DNA of 64,000 nucleotides from Giardia intestinalis (Eukaryota): NCBI GenBank assembly GCA_000002435.2, contig CM018793.1; one strand, 5' to 3'. Shown piece by piece: positions 17,536 to 25,826 of this stretch (position 1 is its first letter; each line of letters starts with the position of its first letter). The notes under the pieces were generated by a model. It saw only the letters and a program-made list of their open reading frames with translations, ran no database searches and was not told where the DNA came from. The position numbers and the translations under genes were made by a program.

Positions 17536-19257
17536 GCCTTTCTACTGATACCCCTGTTGGTGGTGAGCACCATCGCAGTGACCTGCCGATCAGATGGGAA
17601 CCATACAGCGACCTGCCAGACAGACAAGTGCGAGACGGTCGGTAGCACAGAGATCTGCACCCAGTGCAGGGCCGGGGCGTCCCGGTCGACGGCTTCTGCT
17701 GGCCCCCCGGCTCCATCCAGGCCGCGGCAGCCGGGTGCACCAAAGCAGACGGGGCTGCCCTCGACAAGACGGCAACCACCTGTGGAAAGTGCGGCGATGG
17801 GTACCTCCTCTTCATGGGCGGATGCTACAACAAGGATGCACACCCTGGCAGTGACATATGCACAGCAGCCAAGGATGGAGTATGCACTGCTTGTAAGGCA
17901 GATAACGGCCTGTTCAAGAACCCGGCTGCACCATCAGAGAAGGGTAGTGAGTGCATACTCTGTCATGATGCCACGGGAGCAAATGGATATAAGGGAGTGG
18001 CTAACTGCATACAGTGTCAGGCACCACAGAGTGCAGGAGCAGCTACATGCACTGCCTGTCAAGATGGATACTACAAGAACTCTCAGACATGTGAAAGGTG
18101 TGATGAAGCTTGCCTGACCTGTGAGACTGATGCGGCCCATTGTACCTTTTGTAAGGCCGGGAAGTATCTCGATGGGGATCAATGTGCTGATATCTGTGGA
18201 AGTGGCAATGATAAGTATGCTGACGAAGCTACCAGAACGTGCAAGGCATGTAGTACAATAACTGGGTGCACCGCGTGTGAATATAATCCAGTGACCAAGA
18301 AGCCAAAGTGCACCGCTTGTAGTGATAAGAAGGTGAAGACAGAGCTTGACGGGACAACCACTTGTGTAGATGCAAATGGGTGCGCAACAGATAACGTCGA
18401 CGGATCCCACTTTCTAAATCAAGCTAGAAATAAGTGTCTTCTTTGTAGCGATGACAAGACTAATACTAGCAGTCCACCTAATAAAGGACTTAAGGATTGT
18501 GGTAGGTGCAAAAAAGAAAGGGATGATGCAGCTTCAACCTGCTCAGAATGTCTGTCTGGATTTTATTTAGAAGACGCTTGCAAGACCTGTGATGCTAACT
18601 GTGCCGTGTGCTCTGAAAAAACACTAGTGGATAAGTGTAAAATATCCATGCAAGAGTGACTTTTAACCGGGATAGATGAAGGAAAGTGCATTAAGTGTGA
18701 TGCGAAGGCGGCTGAGAATACTTATGTCAGCGTTGAGGGCTGCCTCTCTTGCATAACTCCAACCACCCCAGGTCCGGCCAGCCGCGACCGCTGCAAGATC
18801 GGCTACACGTTACAGGGAGCAACGTGCGCGAAGGTATGCGAGGACGAGACTTCATGTAGAGGTACCTCCGGCTCTTGTGATGCTATAGTAATCGATGCTA
18901 ATGGAAAGGAGCTTCACTGCTCTCATTCGGCAGAGGAGCAGATAACGTGCCAAATGATGGGAAGCGTGTTAATAAAAACAGTACAAACGGAAATACTTGT
19001 GATAATCCTGTCTGTGAGTCTTACAATCAGGGATGCTTCTTATCTACAGGCGGTACCACCAGGTAGTAGACCTACCCAACAGTTACATGTGCAAGAGAGC
19101 AGATGGTGGCATTTTCACAGAAGCAGCAAGCGACAAGTACTTCGTGGCCTTTGATATTATGCTGCTGGACTCGTCTGGGTGTGGTCCAGAGGTCTCACGA
19201 GTGGCCCTCGCTCAATTCCTGACCAATCCAGACGAGGGTTGGTTTTGGATAACATAA
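17536..19257 (+). pseudogene. Variant-specific surface protein (VSP) pseudogene: frameshifted, in-frame stop, 3' truncated
   Basis: Signal-peptide-like AFLLIPLLVVSTIAVTC, then CxxC-rich sequence with the GGCY motif (LLFMGGCYNKD), typical of Giardia VSPs. The largest intact fragment is 17664..18659. There is no ATG adjacent to the signal peptide, a frameshift at about 17670, an in-frame TGA at 18660, a second frameshift at about 18950, and no TM/CRGKA tail. Confidence 0.8.
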
Positions 19258-21631
19258 CGAAAGATTCCCACCCATCAGTACATCCAGAGCCTAGCGCCTT
19301 CCCTGGTCGCTCTGTGGGTGTGTGCTCAGACCGAATGCGTACTTCGGTCCTTTCGGGGTTCAGGCCTTCTTACGGACTCTCTGGTCCACCAGTGGCGCCT
19401 CTTCTTGGTCTTCCTTCGTGGCGGGTGAAGCTCCGGTCGCTGTCTTTTTTAGATGCCCCGTCCGCCAGGGGCTGCCATCGGGCTCTCCGCTGGCTGGGCC
19501 CTCGGTGTCCGGGCAGCTGTGGCTCGAGTCAGTGCTCCCACGGTCGCGGTCACGTAGGTCTCAGTGGGCCGGCTGGTGGGTGAGGCAGGGGTATGGGGCG
19601 GTGAGGCTGGTGGGGACTGGTGGGGGCTGAGGTGGGGGGTGTCTGTATGTGCCTCTGGTCCCTCGATAGACTGGGGTGATCATAGCTGTGGTGACTGGGG
19701 GCTGTCCATCTGTGACTCACCCCTCTGTGTGCTCGTGGTCTGTGAGTGCCTCCACCCAGACAACCCTCAGGAGCCGTGCACACCAGACAGAGAGGATGAC
19801 CAAGGGGAGTCAAGTATCCCTGCCATGAGGGTGCACAGCAGCCAGCCTGGGCTGCATGGCCTGCTCAAGCGATGTAGTGACAGACGACTCCCTCTGACAG
19901 CAGCCCTGGTGACTGCACTGGTCTGCTCTCGAGGCTGAGTGACAGTGTGCACAGATGGACATGAGTGTAGGAGGGCCATCCACACACGGACAGACTGTGT
20001 GGACCCAGAGAGGACTGGAGTCTGCTCGGGACACGCTGACTGTAGACCTCATGCGAGAGCCCCAGACAGCCACCCGAGAGGCAGTGACAGACACGGGCAC
20101 CAGAGATCCCTAGCCAGACACATTGCTATGCTCATCCACAGGGGCATCAGAGGGCCAGGTGGAGTCACCCTCACAGTCAGGGCCTGGTAGGAAGCCAGAG
20201 GACTCACGCAGCACAGCAGAGCAGGCCCAAGGGAGGCACACTCCAGGCAGGTGAGCAGTGGCAGAGCCCTGACAGCTGCCAGCCCCCATGACACCCAGGC
20301 AGGCACCAGACTCACCGAAGACTCCGCTGGCCTCCATCGATGACCCGAGGGGGCAGCGACCAGAGGAGTGAGGAGGCCTTCGGACACCACAAGAGGCCCG
20401 GCTGTCCAGCAGGCGATGGAGCACAGGTGACCTCTGAGCACCACAAAGGCACAGGAGCCGACCATCAGAGTGATGCCCGATCACAGAGACGACCACGAGC
20501 ACCCTCCACCCACTCTGAGGGGCTGTCGATCATCCCACTGCCTCTCATAGCAGACCTCCTTGGAGGCAGTGCAGTGGGTGGCCCAGCTCATGCACGCCTC
20601 CCTCAGTATAGGGTGCCCCGACTCTCCCCGAGAAGTCATCAGAGCCACGAGGAGGGGTCAAGGTCCTGGTGGACCACATCGGGAACTCCTCGAGGGCACA
20701 GCAGGTGAGGTATGGGTAACCATCAGCGTGCTCCTCTCTGCATGATAGAGCATCCTGAGACCAAGGAGGATCACCTCTGCCTACGGACGACACACAGCGC
20801 TCCACAACGAGGACCCACCAGGAGCAGCACAGCTGACCACGGAGACAGTGCAGTCACTGGTGCCCCACCATGCCAGTCTTCTGAGCCATCACACTAGAGG
20901 CACGAGAGAACCCCATCCCATCCACAGGGTCATCCACACCCCTGCTGGTCCCAGGCGAACTACCGTCGAGGCACTGGACAGGGCATGCCAGGGGGCTCAG
21001 CAGACACGCACAGAGCAACAGGAGAGGCTGCGATGGCCTGCCTCAGTCCTCACGTACCGGCCAGGCAGAGAGGCAGTACTGCCCGAGGCATGCAGGGGCC
21101 AGGGAGGCACTCAGTCAGGGGGACACGACACGATCGTCGGTGCCTGTGTCTTGGAGTGCAACGAAGGCTGGGGATCAGACACAACCACCTTAGCAAACAG
21201 AGCGGGGATCACCCCAATGACCCACCGAACCCAGGGGCACATACAGACACCCCCCACCTCAGCCCCCACCAGTCCCCACCAGCCTCACCGCCCCATACCC
21301 CTGCCTCACCCACCAGCCGGCCCACTGAGACCTACGTGACCGCGACCGTGGGAGCACTGACTCGAGCCACAGCTGCCCGGACACCGAGGGCCCAGCCAGC
21401 GGAGAGCCCGATGGCAGCCCCTGGCGGACGGGGCATCTAAAAAAGACAGCGACCGGAGCTTCACCCGCCACGAAGGAAGACCAAGAAGAGGCGCCACTGG
21501 TGGACCAGAGAGTCCGTAAGAAGGCCTGAACCCCGAAAGGACCGAAGTACGCATTCGGTCTGAGCACACACCCACAGAGCGACCAGGGAAGGCGCTAGGC
21601 TCTGGATGTACTGATGGGTGGGAATCTTTCG

Positions 21632-23353
21632 TTATGTTATCCAAAACCAACCCTCGTCTGGATTGGTCAGGAATTGAGCGAGGGCCACTCGTGAGACCTC
21701 TGGACCACACCCAGACGAGTCCAGCAGCATAATATCAAAGGCCACGAAGTACTTGTCGCTTGCTGCTTCTGTGAAAATGCCACCATCTGCTCTCTTGCAC
21801 ATGTAACTGTTGGGTAGGTCTACTACCTGGTGGTACCGCCTGTAGATAAGAAGCATCCCTGATTGTAAGACTCACAGACAGGATTATCACAAGTATTTCC
21901 GTTTGTACTGTTTTTATTAACACGCTTCCCATCATTTGGCACGTTATCTGCTCCTCTGCCGAATGAGAGCAGTGAAGCTCCTTTCCATTAGCATCGATTA
22001 CTATAGCATCACAAGAGCCGGAGGTACCTCTACATGAAGTCTCGTCCTCGCATACCTTCGCGCACGTTGCTCCCTGTAACGTGTAGCCGATCTTGCAGCG
22101 GTCGCGGCTGGCCGGACCTGGGGTGGTTGGAGTTATGCAAGAGAGGCAGCCCTCAACGCTGACATAAGTATTCTCAGCCGCCTTCGCATCACACTTAATG
22201 CACTTTCCTTCATCTATCCCGGTTAAAAGTCACTCTTGCATGGATATTTTACACTTATCCACTAGTGTTTTTTCAGAGCACACGGCACAGTTAGCATCAC
22301 AGGTCTTGCAAGCGTCTTCTAAATAAAATCCAGACAGACATTCTGAGCAGGTTGAAGCTGCATCATCCCTTTCTTTTTTGCACCTACCACAATCCTTAAG
22401 TCCTTTATTAGGTGGACTGCTAGTATTAGTCTTGTCATCGCTACAAAGAAGACACTTATTTCTAGCTTGATTTAGAAAGTGGGATCCGTCGACGTTATCT
22501 GTTGCGCACCCATTTGCATCTACACAAGTGGTTGTCCCGTCAAGCTCTGTCTTCACCTTCTTATCACTACAAGCGGTGCACTTTGGCTTCTTGGTCACTG
22601 GATTATATTCACACGCGGTGCACCCAGTTATTGTACTACATGCCTTGCACGTTCTGGTAGCTTCGTCAGCATACTTATCATTGCCACTTCCACAGATATC
22701 AGCACATTGATCCCCATCGAGATACTTCCCGGCCTTACAAAAGGTACAATGGGCCGCATCAGTCTCACAGGTCAGGCAAGCTTCATCACACCTTTCACAT
22801 GTCTGAGAGTTCTTGTAGTATCCATCTTGACAGGCAGTGCATGTAGCTGCTCCTGCACTCTGTGGTGCCTGACACTGTATGCAGTTAGCCACTCCCTTAT
22901 ATCCATTTGCTCCCGTGGCATCATGACAGAGTATGCACTCACTACCCTTCTCTGATGGTGCAGCCGGGTTCTTGAACAGGCCGTTATCTGCCTTACAAGC
23001 AGTGCATACTCCATCCTTGGCTGCTGTGCATATGTCACTGCCAGGGTGTGCATCCTTGTTGTAGCATCCGCCCATGAAGAGGAGGTACCCATCGCCGCAC
23101 TTTCCACAGGTGGTTGCCGTCTTGTCGAGGGCAGCCCCGTCTGCTTTGGTGCACCCGGCTGCCGCGGCCTGGATGGAGCCGGGGGGCCAGCAGAAGCCGT
23201 CGACCGGGACGCCCCGGCCCTGCACTGGGTGCAGATCTCTGTGCTACCGACCGTCTCGCACTTGTCTGTCTGGCAGGTCGCTGTATGGTTCCCATCTGAT
23301 CGGCAGGTCACTGCGATGGTGCTCACCACCAACAGGGGTATCAGTAGAAAGGC
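21632..23353 (-). pseudogene. VSP pseudogene, identical mirror copy of 17536..19257
   Basis: The identical 331-aa, 229-aa and smaller ORFs are mirrored (22230..23225 minus matches 17664..18659 plus). Confidence 0.8.
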
Positions 23354-23682
23354 TGTGGTGTGGACCGGATTGCGTGCAGCGGGTGGGGGTGCCCGGCGGC
23401 CTCCTCTCTGAGACTCCCACTCCGAGGGCTGCCCCAGGAGGGAGCTCGGTAGTGAACACATCTACTGCCTACTTGCTTGCTCTGGCCTGCTGAGGTAGCT
23501 ACCTTTGCTCTCTCAACTGGTCGCTTACTCGCCGCGTGCTTTAGCCATTACAGATGCGTTTAGGTAACTGTACGCACAGTAGGCGGGAGGTCCTCATGAG
23601 GTCTCGGCGCAGTGTGGGCCGATGCACCTGAGCCCGCTCCCTGTAATGATATGATGGCCGTTTTCTCGGGCCGGGCGAAAAG

Positions 23683-23753
23683 TGCATCAACCGGGACTCG
23701 GACCCGGCTCTCTTGCTTGGCAAGCAAGCATTCTACCCCTAAACCATTGATGC
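23683..23753 (-). tRNA. tRNA-Gly (GCC), mirror copy
   Basis: Exact reverse complement of 17136..17206. The sequence 'gcaagcaagcattctacccctaaaccattgatgcgc' was verified. Confidence 0.75.
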
Positions 23754-23808
23754 GCGGGAGCGCCAACACATACAGTACAAGCGCTTCTGTGTTTGCAGGT
23801 TGTGCTGT

Positions 23809-25800
23809 TTACTTCTGGACTCGGAGCGCCTGCTCCGCCGCGATCCGCGCCGCCACGCGCCCGATCTCTGCGCCTGCCCAGACCAGCGGGGCCTCCGCCT
23901 GCACCTCCCGCCCGTCGAGCAGGCCCCCGAGCCGGACCTCTGCCGCCCCGAGCAGCCGCGTCCCGGCCGCGCCCGCCCCGTAGGCCTCGACCCGCGCGCC
24001 CCGCGTCTCCACGTAGAGCCCGAAGAGGGGGCTTTGTGTAACAGAGAGGTTCCGCGCTACAAATTCTAGTTCCAGCTGAAGTTGCCGTCGAGTTCCATTG
24101 AATTCTATGGCACGAGATACGAGAGGCTGAAAGTCCCAGAAATGCACAACGATGAATATATAGTGTGTGTTCTCCAAGGCATCTGCGGGGAGAAGATCTC
24201 GTTTGAGGTAGAGATTTGATATAGATATTTCATATGTAAGTTCATCGGCATCCTTGTCTGTATCTATAGAAAACAATTCTTCCGACTGATTTTGCTCGAT
24301 TATGCTGGACTTAACTGAAATATCAACGGTGTCTGCCATCTGGATACTAGGCTCTGGATCAACAAACTGGACAACATTATGGAGCTGCTGCTCTGACTGC
24401 TGAGTAACACTAGGATTGCTGGGAGTAGGCCCCGGTATATTACCGGGTAGGTGTTGTAAAGCATACCCTTGATGATGAGTGTTTGTCTCCATCACTGGAA
24501 ATGCTCTGATTGGGTCAGGCAGCTCACAGAAAGGCATGCTTAACTGCTCACAATCGTGCGGATCAACGGTCTCTCCACTTGCAATAAGGCGTGCTTGATA
24601 CTCCTCTAACATAATCTTGCACATCTTCATCCGCGCCGAAAATTGATCAGCGTCTGCTTGGCGTCGGGTCCTAAGCTCCAAGAGGGCTCTCCTTCCATCC
24701 CCAACTTGTTTGGTCAAGAGGTCTATTTCTGTTTGCTTTTGCTTCAGATCTTGCTTAAGTTCATTCTTTTCTTTGTCATGACGTGCAGCCTCCGTAGCAA
24801 GTGCAAGAGAGTGCTTTTCAGCCTGAAGATCTATATTGCTGTCGGCCTGCTTTCGTTCTGAGGCAAGCTTGCTCTCGTATTCAGTCCGTAAGCGCGAGAG
24901 TTCATAGGTGGACTTTTCTGTCAATTGTGATATCTGCGCCTTACTTTCTGCCTGAAGCACCTCATACTGTGCATGGATCGTGGCGCATTCCTTTCGTGTG
25001 GCCTCCAACTCTGCAGTGAGCCTTGCTATTTCCAAAGCCTTGGAGTCAAGTTCCTTCCTAAACTCTGCATTTGCTGATGCGCGACTATTGTCATCCGTTG
25101 TCCTGAGCTTGTCATAGAGCCGTTCATTTTCCAGCTTGAGTCTATTGTGTGCATCCTTGATTACAGCTAATTCAGTAGACGCCTGGGCTAGTTGCGCCTT
25201 TAGATCTGTTGCGTTTTTGTCACTAAGATAGCTAGTAGAGCTGAGTTCAGACTTCAATTTGATGTTTTCTGCCTGCAACTCGTCATTATCTTTCTCCATT
25301 TTTGTATGTAGCTCCTTTGCCCGCCCAACCTCCTCCTGCATGCTTAGGGCAGACTTTTCGCTCTGTTCTAACTGGGACGTCAACTCAGCGATCCTTTGCG
25401 TTTTACTTTCATCAGACTTGCGTAGTAATTCGTACTGCTCACGAAGGTAGATCAGATTTCGGTACAAGTCACCATATTTGGAGGTTAAGGATGCTAGCTC
25501 AGCCTTGACTGAAATAAGCTTTTCTTCCGCGCTACCAATCTCTGCCAAGGCTCTGCGATCGGATTTTCCTTGCGCGGATATGGACGAATTGTCTGTATCA
25601 GAATCTGCAAAATAGTTGCACAGTTCGCGCCGGACAGCCATGTGGGCCTCATTTTCAACCTTCAGCTTCCTCTTAAGCCCTATGATTACATGCTTCAGCA
25701 TTTTGACTTGGGCATGTACGTTTGCTGGAAGGAGCTTCTCCAGCTCTGCCAGCTCCTGTATGTCGTCGGTAGACAGGTCGCTCATAATGGAGCTGGCCAT
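23809..25800 (-). CDS. Coiled-coil protein with a GC-rich C-terminal region (possibly a C2-like beta-sandwich), ~663 aa
   Basis: Long heptad-rich ORF. The track start at 25950 is TTG. The ATG at 25800 (MASSIMSDL...) is preceded on the minus strand by 'cagcataaaa' and gives a 26-bp divergent spacer to the plus-strand gene at 25827. The C-terminal ~150 aa has a pattern of alternating hydrophobics and beta-strands. The last 70 aa lie inside the inverted-repeat arm. Confidence 0.6.
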   Translation of the reverse strand: MASSIMSDLSTDDIQELAELEKLLPANVHAQVKMLKHVIIGLKRKLKVENEAHMAVRRELCNYFADSDTDNSSISAQGKSDRRALAEIGSAEEKLISVKAELASLTSKYGDLYRNLIYLREQYELLRKSDESKTQRIAELTSQLEQSEKSALSMQEEVGRAKELHTKMEKDNDELQAENIKLKSELSSTSYLSDKNATDLKAQLAQASTELAVIKDAHNRLKLENERLYDKLRTTDDNSRASANAEFRKELDSKALEIARLTAELEATRKECATIHAQYEVLQAESKAQISQLTEKSTYELSRLRTEYESKLASERKQADSNIDLQAEKHSLALATEAARHDKEKNELKQDLKQKQTEIDLLTKQVGDGRRALLELRTRRQADADQFSARMKMCKIMLEEYQARLIASGETVDPHDCEQLSMPFCELPDPIRAFPVMETNTHHQGYALQHLPGNIPGPTPSNPSVTQQSEQQLHNVVQFVDPEPSIQMADTVDISVKSSIIEQNQSEELFSIDTDKDADELTYEISISNLYLKRDLLPADALENTHYIFIVVHFWDFQPLVSRAIEFNGTRRQLQLELEFVARNLSVTQSPLFGLYVETRGARVEAYGAGAAGTRLLGAAEVRLGGLLDGREVQAEAPLVWAGAEIGRVAARIAAEQALRVQK

Positions 25801-25826
25801 TTTTATGCTGAGAGCAAAAATTAGAA
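25801..25826. promoter_or_regulatory. 26-bp AT-rich bidirectional initiator region shared by the divergent genes 23809..25800 (-) and 25827..29087 (+)
   Basis: The sequence 'ttttatgctgagagcaaaaattagaa' lies between two divergent ATGs. Giardia promoters are short AT-rich elements at the transcription start site. Confidence 0.45.

Larger units (their letters stand above)
16864..19653. repeat. Left arm (2790 bp) of a perfect inverted repeat; its partner is 21236..24025
   Basis: Every ORF in the arm has an identical mirror ORF whose coordinates sum to 40889. Spot-checked nucleotide segments are exact reverse complements (e.g. 18661-18720 against 22169-22228). The boundaries were found by divergence on both sides. 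Confidence 0.85.
21236..24025. repeat. Right arm (2790 bp) of the perfect inverted repeat; partner is 16864..19653
   Basis: See the left arm. The symmetry centre is at 20444/20445 and a 1582-bp non-palindromic spacer (19654..21235) lies between the arms. Confidence 0.85.

Noticed and set aside
16827-17843. Dense overlapping ORFs on both strands (e.g. 16827..17096 -, 16857..17150 +, 16906..17277 -, 17478..17843 -) and their mirror images at 23035..24069
   Set aside because: They lie in GC-rich, stop-codon-poor DNA, overlap each other in several frames, and are duplicated only because of the inverted repeat. They have Arg/Pro/Ala-rich nonsense composition. The real content is the gene fragment, the tRNA-Gly and the VSP pseudogene.
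19179-21710. ORFs of 80-160 codons throughout the repeat inner ends and spacer (19179..19583, 19322..19630, 19564..19938, 20049..20465, 20110..20502, 20340..20708, 20848..21339, 20985..21440, 21306..21710)
   Set aside because: They overlap one another on both strands and have low-complexity R/P/G/S/H-rich translations with no Cys-repeat or other domain pattern. This is consistent with frame noise in GC-rich, skewed DNA.
16864-24025. Interpreting the inverted repeat as a transposon with terminal inverted repeats
   Set aside because: The arms are 2.8 kb and made of host sequences (tRNA, VSP, gene fragment). No transposase ORF and no target-site duplication is evident at the outer boundaries (outside flanks 'ctcgtgttcg' and 'agggggcttt' are unrelated). 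A segmental inverted duplication fits better.
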